A stretch of DNA of 64,000 nt from Eledone cirrhosa (GCA_964016885.1 OZ024741.1:270010001-270074000); one strand, 5' to 3'. Shown: positions 1-15,025, numbered from the stretch's first letter. Notes: generated by a model not told the origin, from the letters alone. Program-made: numbers and translations.

Positions 1-111
1 ATAGAACTGCTATACTATAGGAATATAGGTGTTCTCATATAGTAGTTCGACACATTAGGAAAATATACCCTGCTAACTCTAATTCTATAGCTGCCTCCAT
101 CGTCTTAGTTT

Positions 112-132
112 ATGTCTTTCTCTTTCTCTCTC

Positions 133-194
<62 letters not shown>

Positions 195-345
195 TCTCTC
201 TCTCTCTCTCACTCACTCTTTCTCTTTCTTTTTCTCTCTTTCCCTATCCCTCTCTCTCCCTCGCTCTCTCTCGCTCTATCTATCTATCTCCCCTTCTCTC
301 TGTCCCAACCTCACTCTCCCCCCTCTCTCTCTCTCTCTATCTGGT

Positions 346-378
<33 letters not shown>

Positions 379-482
379 CTTTATCTATATATCTCCTTCT
401 CGCTCTCTCTCTCTCTCTATCTCTATCTCTCTATCTATCTATATATATCTCTCTATCTCTCTATATATCTATCTATCCATCT
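112..482. repeat. (CT)n/(CTAT)n microsatellite
   Basis: Directly visible CT and TCTA runs. Confidence 0.95.
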
Positions 483-1445
483 ATGCGATACATCATAGAG
501 AGGGTAGGGTGTAAACCCGGCTTCGGTGGGGCCCTGATCAACTTGGATCAGTCTAAGGCTTTCGATAGGGTTGACCATCGTTACCTAGATGCGGTGCTCG
601 AGGCGGCATGCTTCGGACCCGTGGTCAGAGGCTGGATTGCTGCAATGCACAACAGCAACATCTGCTCAAGGGTCAAGGTGAACGGCTACCTCTCAGAGCC
701 GTTCCCTCTCTCCTCCCTTCTGTACGTACTGACTCTCGAGCCACTACTGCGGAAGTTGGAGCTATTGCAGGGCATCCCTCTGGAACCGGGACTGCGGAAA
801 GCGGCGTCGGCCTACGATGTAACAGTAATGGTGTCGAGCACCTCGCAAATCAAGGAAGTCGGCACCTTACTGAAGGAATACGAAAGGTTCATAGGAGCGA
901 AGCTGAACCGTGACAAGTCCGTCGGTTTGCAACTCAGATCGTGGAGAGGCAAACCGATGCCTTCCGATGGCGTCGTCGGACGCTGGACGGAATGACCGGT
1001 AAAGCTGCTCGGGGTCTAGTTTGGTCGGGACCTCCAGAGAAGAACTGGATGGAGGTGACGGCCAAGGTGTTTGCACTCACCCAGAAGTGGGCCGAGTGAA
1101 AACTATCCTTGAAAGGTCGATCGGAGGTGGCGAACACTTTTATAGCGTCCGTCATCTACTACCGCTTGACCGTCGTGCCTTGTCCAGCCAAAACGCTCAC
1201 CAAAATGGAGCGTGCGATCTTCCAATTCCTTTGGAAGAAACGGGCTCCTTTGGTGAGAAGATCCATCTGCTGCCAACACTCTTCCAACGGAGGGCTGGAG
1301 ATGCCGTGGCTGACGATGCGCAAATACGCGCTCAGGCTGTGGCACCTCCACATATTCCTCACCGGAAAACCGGTGTGGGCCCCGTTCGTGAGGCGAGCCT
1401 TCCCATGACTCGTCTCGCTGACCGGGCTGCAGTTCTGGATCAATT
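483..1445 (+). mobile_element. L1/Tx1-clade LINE reverse transcriptase fragment (truncated, internally deleted, disrupted)
   Basis: LDQSKAFDRVDH, LLYVLTLEPLL, SGAKLN-like IGAKLNRDKS, FLWK, GGL motifs; the expected RQGCPLSP motif is missing (deletion near 705), YxDD is reduced to YD, and stops occur; similar to the copy at 25061-26170. Confidence 0.9.
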
Positions 1446-1575
1446 TTGTGCATGCATATGTATACATTTATGTATGTGTATGTATGTACGTGTGTATATA
1501 GGTATGATTGTGTGTATGTATGTATGTATGTATATGTATGTGTGTGTGTATGGCTATGTATGTGTATGTGTACGC

Positions 1576-1665
<90 letters not shown>

Positions 1666-1836
1666 TTCTATATATATATATATGTGTGTATATATGTATG
1701 TGTGGTTGTATATATGTATGTGTATGGATATGTTGATACTTATGTGTGTATATATGTATGTGTATATGTATGTGTATGTGTGTGTTTATATATACACACA
1801 TGTATGTATATGTGTGTGTGTATGTATGAGTGTATG

Positions 1837-1871
<35 letters not shown>

Positions 1872-2026
1872 ATGTATATAATTGTGTGTGTGTGTGTGTG
1901 TTTGCATGTGTGTTTTTATTTTTTTATTGTATTTTTCCTTTCCTTCTTCCTTCTCCAGCCTCACTTTCATATAGATTGCATTTTTGTTTTTAGAATCCAA
2001 TATCAATAAATAGACCAGCATTTTTT

Positions 2027-2080
2027 CATTCTGATGATTGAAAGCAACATTTTTTGCTTTTAAGAAACCACTGGTAAATG
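2027..2080 (+). ncRNA. Type I hammerhead ribozyme (PLE-type)
   Basis: catt-CTGATGA-ttgaaagca..tgcttttaa-GAAA-cc act gg-TA-aatg. Confidence 0.7.
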
Positions 2081-2176
2081 GGATAATTGCCTTATGTTGT
2101 TTATTACATAACTCTTAAGCTCTGTTACTTACATAGAGCACTCTTTGTTCCTGGACTTTTCCGACGGAATTACTTC

Positions 2177-2230
<54 letters not shown>

Positions 2231-2417
2231 CATATATATATAAAAGATGAAGTTGGAAATAGCACGGGAGATATATTTAAGGGTCTGTTTTTCTTTTGTG
2301 ATTCGTCAAAGTGACATTATTGAATAGATAGTGTTATTAAAAAGATAATGTTATTAAAAGAAGAGAGGGACAATTCTTTTTTAAACATTTTTTATGTGGT
2401 ATATAAAGTATATGAGA

Positions 2418-2460
2418 AAATTACCGGTTTCGATGTATTAAAATCCATCTTGTCAAATGT
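2418..2460 (-). ncRNA. Hammerhead-like motif, U3-A8 core variant
   Basis: Minus strand TTGACAA-gatg..catc-GAAA-ccgg-TA; stem I weak. Confidence 0.45.
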
Positions 2461-2913
2461 AGTGTAAAAAGTTAATGAAAAAGAGTTGATAGGATTAAAA
2501 AAGAAAGGTTTAAAATTAAAATCAAAATCGAATGTTTGACTAATTTTTCTTCCATCATGCTTCTTGAAAAGTTGGTTGGAAATGAGAACAAGTTGTTTAC
2601 TTTAAGGGAGGAAGCTGTTGATGTGAAAAATATGCTGTGAATGTATTGTTTAATCAAGTGATCAATAGTTCAAAAGGGGATAGGGGGTTGTAAGAGCTGA
2701 ATTCTGTGGTAGGTTGGTATGTGTACGTACCTACACACACACACATATATATATACCCATACACACATATGTATAGAGGGAGTGTGAGGGTGTATATACA
2801 ACAGTACACACATGTGAGTGTGTGCGTATATGTATGTGTAAACACGTGTGTGTATGTGTGGGGTTGTTGTGTGTGTGTTTTTTCAGTCTGTCTGTTAAAG
2901 TTACTTTTGTGGA

Positions 2914-3192
2914 GGGGAACTAAGAAAAAGTTCTTTTCTCTCCAAAATTCAGAAAATTGTCAAAGGTTAATAGTTAAAATCCAAAGGATTCCCAGAATCC
3001 AAAAATTAAAAAATTTAAAGAAGTTTTTTAGAGAGAAAGATTTTTTTTGAAGATTTTTGGAAGAGTTTTCTTAACTTTCTTAACTTCTTTACTTTTTTAA
3101 TTTTGGGATTCTGGGAATCCTTTGGATTTTAGCTCTTAACTTTTGACAATTTTCTGAATTTTGGAGGGAAAAGAATTTTTTCTTAGTTCCCC
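2914..3192. repeat. Imperfect inverted repeat (hairpin, ~115-bp arms)
   Basis: ggggaactaagaaaaagttcttttctctccaaaattcag... is the reverse complement of ...ctgaattttggagggaaaagaattttttcttagttcccc. Confidence 0.85.
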
Positions 3193-3713
3193 ATCACGGC
3201 TACAAAGACATAGAATAGAATAATCCTGAATAGAATCAGACCATGTCTCGACAGTATTATACGTTCAAGCCAAAATAGATTTCGGCCATCTCGGTCTACT
3301 GCCTCACATATCTTTGCTCTAAGAAGGATTGTTGAGGAGGTACGGAATCCCAGGAAGGAGATTTCAAAATTATGCTCAAAATAGTTGTTGCGTGTGGTTT
3401 GCCTCATCAGATTATGAATGCAAGTAAAATCATGTATGAGAATACTTCAGCACTTGTAATAATAATCCAAGGAAACTTAGGCCGATTTTCCATCGATTCT
3501 AGAGTCCTCCAGGGAACTTGGCTGGTTATAATTAATTGATAGTAGCTCTAAGATAGCGTTAAGAATAATAGGAGTGTATATAAAATCATACACTATATAT
3601 ATACATACATACACACACACATATATAATATATTTCTTCATTGTAATGAGTCGTTTACTTTGTTATTTCTGATTTCCGCTTGCATACACACACATATATA
3701 TATACATATATAT

Positions 3714-3746
<33 letters not shown>

Positions 3747-3829
3747 CACACACATAATAATAAATATATATATATATATATTTATATATAAAACTAGATA
3801 GATAGATAGATAAATAGATAGATAGATAT

Positions 3830-3897
<68 letters not shown>

Positions 3898-3898
3898 T

Positions 3899-4232
3899 GA
3901 AGGCACATGGTTTAGTGGTTAGAGCATTGTGCTTGCAATCGATAGGTTGTGAATTCGATTCTCGGACCGCTTGATGCGTTGTGTCCTTGAGCAAGACACT
4001 TTATTTCACGTTGCTCCAGTTTACTCAGCTGTAGAAATGAGTTGGGACGTCACTGGTGCCAAGCTGTATCGGCCTTAGCCTTTCCCTTGGACAACATAGG
4101 TGGCGTGGAGTGGGGTATGCATGGGCAACTGCTGGTCTTCTACAAACAACCTTGTCCGAGCTTGTGCCTCGGAAGGAAACTTTCTAGGTGCAAATTCCAT
4201 GGTCGTTCGATACCGAAAGGGGTCTTTACCTT
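3899..4232 (+). mobile_element. tRNA-derived SINE, family A
   Basis: A-box tggtttagtgg, B-box-like gaattcgattc, core gtgtccttgagcaagacact; related copies at 28969 (+) and 31905-32154 (-). Confidence 0.8.
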
Positions 4233-4352
<120 letters not shown>

Positions 4353-4371
4353 ATGTTTAATATAGAAATGG

Positions 4372-4418
4372 CTTCTACAGGACTAGAAATGTTCCATTCA
4401 AAAGAAATCATCAGGAAA
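4372..4418 (-). other. Degenerate hammerhead, same family as 16559-16605
   Basis: ttctacaggactagaaatgttccattcaaaagaaatcatcagga matches 16560-16604 with core and stem substitutions. Confidence 0.55.
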
Positions 4419-4947
4419 TGTATTGAGTACCTTATTTACTATGTTTACCCTCGATTGAACCTGAGACTCATATATATAGATATAGTTAGATAGACAGAAA
4501 TGTTTGTGTATATTATATGTGCGGGTTAATGTACATTTTATTGCACTGCTATCCAAAGTGAGTGATATCTTCTATTCAGTCAGTAACCATTACTAGTTAT
4601 TTTTCTTCACAACACCCGCGACCCCACCCCACACGCACACCAGTAAAGTTTTCAATTATTACAGTCGGAGGGGAAATGAATATATCACTGTTTGAGTCAC
4701 AAGCCGCGCTAAACGGTTTTTTTACAGGCAAAATTGAGCTCAGTGACATTTGAACTGAAAAACATGACAGAACACGCTGGGTATTTTAATGTTTTAACAC
4801 AGCAGCATAAAAATCACAGCATCCTCAACTCTCTAAATAACTATTAAGGATTTGGTATATAGAAATCTGTTTACATATAACTGTATCAGTGTGTATGTGT
4901 ATAGGAAAATATTACGTGTATGTCTATGTGTATTGGGAATTACATAC

Positions 4948-4979
<32 letters not shown>

Positions 4980-4980
4980 A

Positions 4981-5044
<64 letters not shown>

Positions 5045-5054
5045 CATACATACA

Positions 5055-5129
<75 letters not shown>

Positions 5130-5224
5130 TTGACCACTCATAGAACGACAACAACAGGATCTAAGCCGACAGGCGAAGGATATCGATGTAAAAGGACGTA
5201 GGAAAATCTGCTTTATAGAATCAA

Positions 5225-5320
5225 GACGTATCTGAGGAACTTGCGATTTTCAGAGTCAGGTTCGATCATCACAACGATCGTGCCTCGAGCTGGTCGCAAG
5301 AGAAACGATTGTAATATGTC
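5225..5320 (+). ncRNA. Type I hammerhead ribozyme with extended stem II
   Basis: gacgtat-CTGAGGA-acttgcga..tcgcaaga-GAAA-c gatt g-TA-atatgtc (7-bp stem I). Confidence 0.7.
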
Positions 5321-5336
5321 CAATAAATTCCATTCG

Positions 5337-5692
<356 letters not shown>

Positions 5693-6117
5693 AAAAATTT
5701 TTTCTTTCTAATTTATTGTTACATTTTTATAAATATATCGAGATTGATACTTTCCTTTAATTATTACACTCCCTTACCTCTTTTACTTCCGCATCTAAGT
5801 GTACGTGTGTGTAGGTGTGTTTATGCGCGCGCCTTCATATTCATATTCTTATGATGTATCTATTCTGTCTGTAGATTACAGACATACAGATACATTTGCC
5901 CTAAATTTTATATTTACGCACACTTTTTCACTATACGTATACATATGTGCATACACATATATGCACATCTGTGAGCGTATATACATACATATACACACAC
6001 CTAACTATATTTCTTGATAGATTTTTATATATTTCAATTTCTAATTCATTTGTCTATACCCTTTTTTTTTGATTTTCTTGATGAGACTTTCCAAGTATTT
6101 ACCCATGTTTTATATTG

Positions 6118-6187
6118 CCTCGTCTGACGAACGAATGAAGACGTTTCTTCCGTATTCGCCTCATTCGGGAAACCTCTGGTAATGAGG
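6118..6187 (+). ncRNA. Type I hammerhead ribozyme
   Basis: cctcgt-CTGACGA-acgaatga..tcattcgg-GAAA-cc tct gg-TA-atgagg; downstream ttacatagagcactct is shared with the 2027 cassette. Confidence 0.7.
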
Positions 6188-6291
6188 TAATTATATTGTA
6201 TTAATTTTTATACATTAAATTTTGCTCTGATACTTACATAGAGCACTCTTCACTTCTATGACCTTTTCTGTTTCCAACGGAAATTTCAATA

Positions 6292-6397
<106 letters not shown>

Positions 6398-6772
6398 TAT
6401 TTTTACACATATATGTATATATATATGTATATATAAATGTATAGAACTAGTTTAACACTAGTTAGACTATTACTCAACAGAGTACTCGATACTTAGAGAA
6501 GTAGAGTATGGCTGCATTATAAAGAATCGGGACCCAACGGCTGAGCTCTTGTCTTTTCAACAGCTAGCTTCAGACTCCAAGCATCTCATATATACAAAGA
6601 TCGGAATTAATAGTATTCTGCAGTTCACTGTAATAATAATAATAGTATTAGCTCAAAGAATAATAGAGAATTTTCTTCTGAGCTCAAATGCAAATATATT
6701 ACACAAAGAGAAGTGTGTTACACAGTGAGATGTGTGTAAATAATTATTACAAGTGAGTTTTACCGTTAATAT

Positions 6773-7208
6773 AGTGAAGAATAACATGGTCAACATTATA
6801 AACAAGGAGATTTATTTACAGTCTGACAATTGTTTCTATGATAGAGTAGTCTAAAAATTGCTAAACACTAAAGATAGTGAGACTCAATTTAAAATACATT
6901 GATACCTATCATTTCATCGGACACTGAAAAGATTACAACATATATGCGCATCGGTAAATATATAGATTCAAATTACTACATCAATAATAGTATTGATGAT
7001 AAATGTATAGAGAGAGAAATAAAGGAAGGGGGACATGTATGTTGTATTCTTTTCAGTGTCCGAAGAAATGATGGAGGATCAATGTATTTTAAATTGAGTC
7101 TCACTATCTTTAGTGTTTAGAAATTTTTAGACTACTCTATCATAGAAACAATTGTCAGACTGTAAATAAATCTCCTTGTTTATAATGTTGACCATGTTAT
7201 TCTTCACT
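6773..7208. repeat. Foldback cassette with ~175-bp inverted arms, each carrying a hammerhead-like motif
   Basis: 6773-6946 vs 7035-7208; right arm cagtgt-CCGAAGA-aatgat..atcata-GAAA-caattg-TC-agactg, left arm reads CCGATGA on the minus strand. Confidence 0.8.
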
Positions 7209-7448
7209 TTTTTATTACTCCAAGATATACTTACATAGGAAAACAAGTGAAGTCATTTACTCATCACCCACGTAAACCTCTTGTTGAGTCACACAGCACC
7301 GTACGCTTAAACTATCCATCATAAGTAGGTTTCACAAACTCTTATCGGATTACCTTTAACGATATATTGTTACCCTCTCTCTCTCTCTATATATATATAT
7401 ATATTATGAAAATAAAACAAAGAAGCCTTCAATACATCAAAAGTATTT

Positions 7449-7493
7449 ATTAGCCAACAATGTTTCGTCCTATTAAGGACTCATCAGAGCAAT
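7449..7493 (-). ncRNA. Minimal type I hammerhead ribozyme (inverted arm)
   Basis: Minus strand attgct-CTGATGA-gtcct taat aggac-GAAA-c att g-TT-ggctaat. Confidence 0.8.
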
Positions 7494-8605
7494 CAAAACC
7501 ACAAGAAGCACTATCGGCCAATACAAGCCGAAAACTCCGAAGAATATGGAGTGTACATACACTAAAGTATTGGAAGATTATGGGTAAAAATATATAATAA
7601 AAATCACTAAGGAGGTGGATAACATTTTGAACCATATTACAAATATAGTCCAAAGCAAAAAAAAAAACTAGAGCTAAACAAAGGTGGTTATATAGAGCGG
7701 GAATTATAGTACTATATGTAATACAATATAATATAATATAATATACTTGTAACAATATTAAAATTAAAATTAAAAATTAAAAGGCACAATATACATATGT
7801 ATATATATACGCACACGTACGCACATATACATATACATCAATACACATTTCCATCATTAACAGCACAAATTAAACCTTATTATATAAGCATAATAGGAAT
7901 AAAAATAAAAATAATACATATATCTAATATACAGTATAACATGAAGTAATGAAATGATTAAAAGTAACATATATAATATATAATAAACTATATAATTATA
8001 TAATATATAATATAATATAATAGATAATCTCTGGTTAATTTACACAAACAATATAGATGTCACAATAAGACTATAATAATATTATAATAATATATAATAT
8101 ATAATGGCATGTAAGTTAACAAATCAATTCATATAGAGTTACAGAGTAGGTGAGAAAAAAAATATAAATTGTACAATACCCAAAATTATGATGGTACAAA
8201 AATATAAACATCTTACATGATATATAAAATTTAACATATAATGGTACATAAAATCATCGGTAAGTAATAAGGATCAATAGTACATTTACAAAGAGTTGAA
8301 TAACAACTTCAATATAAAATAATGAACATAATATAATATATAATTACTTATAATTACAAGGTTGGTAAACAGACACATATGTGAATGAGTGAATAAGGGC
8401 CAGACAGAAAATATTATGCACAGTAGTATTAATAAATAAATAAATAAATTCGACCGGAAATCAAAAAACAAAAACAAAAGTATTTACTTAGGTCTCACAT
8501 GCAGTTAAGTAAAAACTTAGGAAACAACTTAATGGAATTTCGGCTGATTCTAATAATGCGGTTTTAACTAATCCTTGAAGTAACCATAGTCTTAATAATG
8601 GGATA

Positions 8606-9433
8606 TTGGATAATGGTAGAGTCGGAAAGAATAAAAATAGAAGGAGACTAAATACTTATTTTAACCCGCCATATAATCAGGAAGTATTAACTAATATCCC
8701 TAGGTCTTTCTTTTCTATCTTAGAGAAAAATTTCCCCCCTTCTCATAAATATCATAGTATTTTTAATAAAAATGTTATTAAACTTTCATTCTCTACCACC
8801 CCTAATATTAGTTCTCATTTAGCTAGCACTAACAATAGGAAAATTAGGGATGGATACTCCTCTCTACATACTACTAGTCTGAACAGATCTGCAAATGCCT
8901 TACCACCAGAGCAGACCTTATCTAATAGTAATCCTACGTGTAATGCATCACTACTTCAGCCAATCAATAGCACCCGGAAGTGTAACTGTAGAGAGAGTGC
9001 TAACTGCCCTTTAAACGGTAACTGCCTCTCTAAGAACATCGTTTATGCTTGCGTAGTTATAACTAATTCCTCTAATAGAACTTATATAGGCTCTACATCT
9101 AACACTTTTAAGACTAGGTTTAATTCTCATATCTCTAATTTAAAACATGTTAAGTTTAAGAATTCTACTTCTTTAGCACACTATATCTGGGATCTTAAGG
9201 GGGCTAATATACCATATAGCCTTAATTGGCGCTTAGTAGCACGCTCTAATAACCTTTCTACACATACTAAATTTTGTAATCTCTGTATCCTCGAGACACA
9301 CTCTATAATTTTCTCTAGTGAATCCTTACTTAATAGAAAGTCTGAGATATTCTCTTCTTGCCCCCACGATATTTCTAATTCTTACTTTTATTATAAACCT
9401 AAAGGTTCTAGTAGTGTAAATTGTATCCATTAG
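8606..9433 (+). CDS. PLE C-terminal region with GIY-YIG endonuclease (5'-truncated)
   Basis: FNPPY, FPPSHKYHSIFN, CNCR..CPLNGNC, IVY..YIGST..FKTRFNSH, CNLC..E, LNRKSEI..CPH; homologous to 42273-42861. Confidence 0.9.
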   Translation: MDNGRVGKNKNRRRLNTYFNPPYNQEVLTNIPRSFFSILEKNFPPSHKYHSIFNKNVIKLSFSTTPNISSHLASTNNRKIRDGYSSLHTTSLNRSANALPPEQTLSNSNPTCNASLLQPINSTRKCNCRESANCPLNGNCLSKNIVYACVVITNSSNRTYIGSTSNTFKTRFNSHISNLKHVKFKNSTSLAHYIWDLKGANIPYSLNWRLVARSNNLSTHTKFCNLCILETHSIIFSSESLLNRKSEIFSSCPHDISNSYFYYKPKGSSSVNCIH

Positions 9434-11120
9434 CTGATATATTCCATTACTTATTTTTTTAGTTTAGGTTCTTTTTGTTTACCACCATTATTATCATCAT
9501 TAATATCATTGGTTTTTGACAACTTTTTATTCTAGCTCTCATAATCTTTTGGCTACTATACCATATCTATCTTCTTACACATTAAATGTTCACTATGAGT
9601 ATATTCACCTTATGAGTATATATCTGATTATATATTTTATATTATTTTATTTCATTTTATTTTATTTTATTTGGATTCTTCTTTGGATAACCCCCTCCCC
9701 ACCCTCCCCCCACCCCATGCACACATAAACTTATTGCTAACCTTTTCAAATATATTATGATTATATTTAATCACCCCTTTTTTATGCTCCTTTCTATTAT
9801 ATAATACAGTATATTGATTATGATTTTATGCTCCTTTGTATCCTTCATACATTTCTTTTTTTCTGTCCCTATTAGCCTACCATAATTCTGCTTAAGTCAG
9901 TTTTTTAGATATCGTTATGTAAATGATAGTAGAATATTTCATCCCTTTCTATATGTTTTTATAGTGAAATATTATTGTTTAGTGATTTTGATTACGTAAA
10001 CCATAGCTAATATTGTATTGCCTTATTAGGTATTTTAAATATGTTCAATATTAATTTATCAAATAGGGTTTTCTACTCATTTATCCGGGTTGTTTCCTAA
10101 GTTTTTACTTAACTGCATGTGAGACCTAAGTAAATACTTTTGTTTTTGTTTTTTGATTTCCGGTCGAATTTATTTATTTATTTATTAATACTACTGTGCA
10201 TAATATTTTCTGTCTGGCCCTTATTCACTCATTCACATATGTGTCTGTTTACCAACCTTGTAATTATAAGTAATTATATATTATATTATGTTCATTATTT
10301 TATATTGAAGTTGTTATTCAACTCTTTGTAAATGTACTATTGATCCTTATTACTTACCGATGATTTTATGTACCATTATATGTTAAATTGTATATATCAT
10401 GTAAGATGTTTATATTTTTGTACCATCATAATTTTGGGTATTGTACAATTTATATTTTTTTTCTCACCTACTCTGTAACTCTATATGAATTGATTTGTTA
10501 ACTTACATGCCATTATATATTATATATTATTATAATATTATTATAGTCTTATTGTGACATCTATATTGTTTGTGTAAATTAACCGGAGATTATCTATTAT
10601 ATTATATTATATATTATATAATTATATAGTTTATTATATATTATATATGTTACTTTTAATCATTTCATTACTTCATGTTATACTGTATATTAGATATATG
10701 TATTATTTTTAATTTTATTCCTATTATGCTTATATAATAAGGTTTAATTTGTGCTGTTAATGATGGAAATGTGTATTGATGTATATGTATATGTGCGTAC
10801 GTGTGCGTATATATATACATATGTATATTGTGCCTTTTAATTTTTAATTTTAATTTTAATAGTGTTACAAGTATATTATATTATATTATATTGTATTACA
10901 TATAGTACTATAATTCCCGCTCTATATAACTACCTTTGTTTAGCTCTAGTTTTTTTTGCTTTGGACTATATTTGTAATATGGTTCAAAATATTATCCACC
11001 TCCTTAGTGATTTTTATTATATATTTTTACCCAAAATCTTCCAATACTTTAGTGTATGTTCACTCCATATTCTTCGGAGTTTTCGGCTTGTATTGGCCGA
11101 TAGTGCTTCTTGTGGTTTTG

Positions 11121-11165
11121 ATTGCCCTGATGAGTCCTTAATAGGACGAAAAATTGTTGGCTAAT
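11121..11165 (+). ncRNA. Minimal type I hammerhead ribozyme in PLE pseudo-LTR
   Basis: gcc-CTGATGA-gtcct taat aggac-GAAA-a att g-TT-ggc; C>A in stem III relative to the inverted copy. Confidence 0.7.
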
Positions 11166-11206
11166 AAATACTTTTGATGTATTGAAGGCTTTTTTGTTTT
11201 ATTTTC

Positions 11207-11308
<102 letters not shown>

Positions 11309-11343
11309 GACAATATATCGTTAACACGCTCCAGTATTTTAAT

Positions 11344-11413
<70 letters not shown>

Positions 11414-11783
11414 GAAGAGATATATTAGATATGTCTCATATGAAATAATACAGCCAATTTTCCACGCAATACTTTTAGTTAGCACCCCGAACGCATAATT
11501 GGGAATATAATCACTTATTTCCTAATGTTTGTTGAGTGAGTTGGAATTTGGCCGGAGTATCGCTAAAAAGCTTTCTCCGATATTGTATATATATATATAT
11601 AGGTTTAAAGGTTCACCACTGGACAATTCCGTATGGTCAATCTTGATGTAATAATATGGAGAGTACTCAACGTAAAGCAGCTCAACCGTCTTCGTTTGTG
11701 TAGTTGGTGGTGCGAGTACGGAGTTAAATATTATAATAAAATAACAGGAGGCTGGACTTGTGTAAATCCTTCAAAGGTTTATT

Positions 11784-11841
11784 ATACTATGATCATTTCA
11801 ATGACCGGGTTCCGTATGAATCCGGTGGTATCATCAGGTAT
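11784..11841 (-). ncRNA. Type I hammerhead ribozyme
   Basis: Minus strand atac-CTGATGA-..accgg..ccggt..-GAAA-tgatca-TA-gtat. Confidence 0.7.
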
Positions 11842-14800
11842 TCGAAATATAATAAATGAATGTAACAGATAAAATCCATGGGGCTGAAAATCATAGACCC
11901 GAGGACGACCGACCATCTAACATCTTCCACTTTAGCCGGTCGCCCTCAAGTGCTGCCCATTCAGCCTACCTAAGGCCATCTGATGAGGGGGCTAAAGCTT
12001 ATGGTCTGCTACTAACCTCCCGGTCAAAGAGAAGAAAAACAGAAAGGAAGAAGAAGAAAAGTCAGCGTTAATGTCATGCTACAAGAAAAAAGACAGAAAG
12101 AAAGAGGAAGAAAGGTCAGCATTAATGCCATGCTACAGTCAGGCCAGGAATTTTCGCGAAAAAAGTTATTCTAAAGGACCCGTATCTTAACAGAGGTATA
12201 TAGTGGGGGGGGGGGGTCTACATGGTATAATGTGTGAGCAGAAGATTGGAACGTTAAATTGTGTTTAGAATTATAGGATGAAGTTAATCTTTAATTTTTT
12301 TAACTTCATCCTATAAATCTAAACAAAATTTAACGTTCCAATCTTCTGCTCACACATTATACCATGTAGACCCCCACTATATATACCTCTGTTATAATAT
12401 ATACCTCTGTTAACATACGGGTCCTTTAGAATAACTTTTTTCGCGCAATTGACGGTTGAGCTGCTTTACGTTGAGTACTCTCCATATTATTACATCAAGA
12501 TTGACCATACGGAATTGTCCAGTGGTGAACCTTCAAACCTAAATAAATAATGCTCCTGAAATGTTGAGCACTTGCATATGTAATAATGAACAGCGGCATG
12601 GGACTGACTCGATCTAATCACTATTCGAATTTTGGCTACTCTGCGCTTTGTCTACCGCCCACCTGGTCCAATGTTACTTCCTTCTCGGAATATTCAGACT
12701 ACGACAAAATTCTACGGATTATGCCATAACCTGTATTGTACTGTAATGACTAAATTCTCTACCCTATACTTCAGGGCCTTTGTAATTCACACTGAATTCT
12801 CACACTCGAACACAGACTGATTCCATTTCCATATCTATATGCATTATCTAACTGCAACTTGAACTATATTGTATTTCTCCTATGTTTTGATTTCTCCATT
12901 TTACTCCACCACCACTCTAGTTATTTTTATTTGTTTATTTATATATTTCTACCTTTTTACTTTATTAATGTTTATTAATGTGTTTTATCTACGTATTCTA
13001 CTTTTATCTATCCATGTATTTTTTATTCCTTTTATTCGGATTTTTACTCGCTTGTACCCATTAGCACACGAGACTAGAATATCTCCCCCTGAGAACAACA
13101 ATACCTATACCCGGACTCTCCGGGGACCTAGATATAGTCTATTTGCGCTTTTCATCGAGTTTTACAATTGATTACACGCGATGATCCGACTGTCGTGTTG
13201 GTTTTCCTGGCTGCGAGACCGGCCTCTTGGTGCATAGGCCAACCTTGAGTGCTTGGAAAAATGAATTTCCCCTTCTTTCGATAAATTTAATTACTCGGAG
13301 CGTCTTGATTCGCCCCGGGGCCCGTCGCGCAGCCGTTTTTTGACCGCCATATAGTACCTTTAAATTCTAGGCCTAATCATAACTATTAGCTGTATCATGC
13401 CTCCCTCTACTTAAACAAATCCCCCTCCTGTGTAAATTAATAGTACTCGTTTGATATAACGATGACCTAACGACGATGGCTGACTTCCTACTAGCACACC
13501 TGAAGCCTGGAATACATTCCTAGAGTTCTTGGAATAATTGATTTCCATATCTTTCGCTAGGCGATCTCACTCGAAATGGTTAACACGTGGTTAGGATGGG
13601 CTGGCCGGAGTCTGCAGTCGCCGCATGCTGTTTGACTGCTAAACAAGGACATAATCCTTACTCTACATCCCACTCGGATAACTTATAGAGGATCTCTATA
13701 ATACAATTAAAGTTTCTTCATAAAAGACTCTTTCTTTAACTAAACCTCGCAACTCAAAACCTTAAAAAAAATTTTAAAGTGTTTAATTTTCAATTTTCTA
13801 ATTTTTTTATTTTATAAAGTTAATCTTTAATTTTTTTAACTTCATCCTATAAATCTAAACAAAAATTTAACGTTCCAATTTTCTGTCGGACTGTTGTGTT
13901 GGTTTTCCTGGCTGCGAGACCGGCCTCCTGGTGCATAGTGCTTGGAAAAATAAATTTCCCCTTCTTTCGGTAAATGAAATAACTCGGAGCGTCTTGATTC
14001 GCCCCGGTGCCCGCCGCGCAGCCTTTTTTTTGACCGCCATATAGTACCTTTAAAATCTAGGCCTAATCATAACTATTAGCTGTATCATGCCTCCCTCTAC
14101 TTAAACAAATCCCCCTCCTGTGTAAATTAATAGTACTCGTTTGGTATAACGATGGCCTAACGGCGATGGCTGACTTCCCACTAGCACACCTGAAGCCTGG
14201 AATACATTCCTAAAGTGCTTGGAAAAATTGATTTCCATATCTTTCGCTAGACGATCTCACTCGGAATGGCTGACACGTGGTTAGGATGGACTGGCCGGAG
14301 TCTGCAGTCGCCGCATGCTGTTTGACTGCTAAACAAGGACATAATCTTTACTCTACATCCCACTCGGATTACTTATAGAGGATCTCTATAATACAATTAA
14401 AGTTTCTTCATAAAAGACTCTTTCTTTAACTAAACCTTAAATTTTTTTTAAACTGTTTAATTTTAAATTTTCTAATTTTTTAATTTTATAATATTGATCT
14501 TCAATTTTTTTTAACTTCATCCTATAAATCTAAACAAAATTTAACGTTCCAATCTTCTGCTCACACATTATACCATTTAGACCCCCACTATATATACCTC
14601 TGTTATAATATATACCTGTTAAGATACGGGTCCTTTAGAATAACTTTTTTCGCGAAAATTCCTGGCCTGACTGTAGCATGGCATTAATGCTGACTTTTCT
14701 TCCTCTTTCTTTCTGTCTATTTTCTTGTAGTTTGACATTAACGCTGACTTTTCTTCTTCTTCCTTTCTGTTTTTCTTCTCTTTGACCGGGAGGTTAGTAG

Positions 14801-14967
14801 CACACTATAAGCTTTATCCCCCTCACCAGATGGCCTTAAGTAGTCCGAATGGGCAGCACTTGAGGGCGACCGGCTAAAGTGGAAGATGTTAGATGGTCGG
14901 TCGTCCTCGGGTCTATGATTTTCAGCCCCATGGATTTTATCTGTTACATTCATTTATTATATTTCGA

Positions 14968-15025
14968 ATACCTGATGATATCACCGGATTCATACGGAAC
15001 CCGGTCATTGAAATGATCATAGTAT
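14968..15025 (+). ncRNA. Type I hammerhead ribozyme
   Basis: atac-CTGATGA-tatcaccggattc..gaacccggtcatt-GAAA-tgatca-TA-gtat. Confidence 0.7.

Noticed and set aside
3270-3415. Minus-strand CTGATGA at ~3404-3410; also CTGATGA at 11980 and CTGAGGA at 39566
   Set aside because: No convincing stem II-GAAA-stem III-UH-stem I could be completed
3899-3975. tRNA gene (also 28969 and 32154)
   Set aside because: A/B boxes are present but there is no clean cloverleaf, and the sequence runs into a shared SINE body
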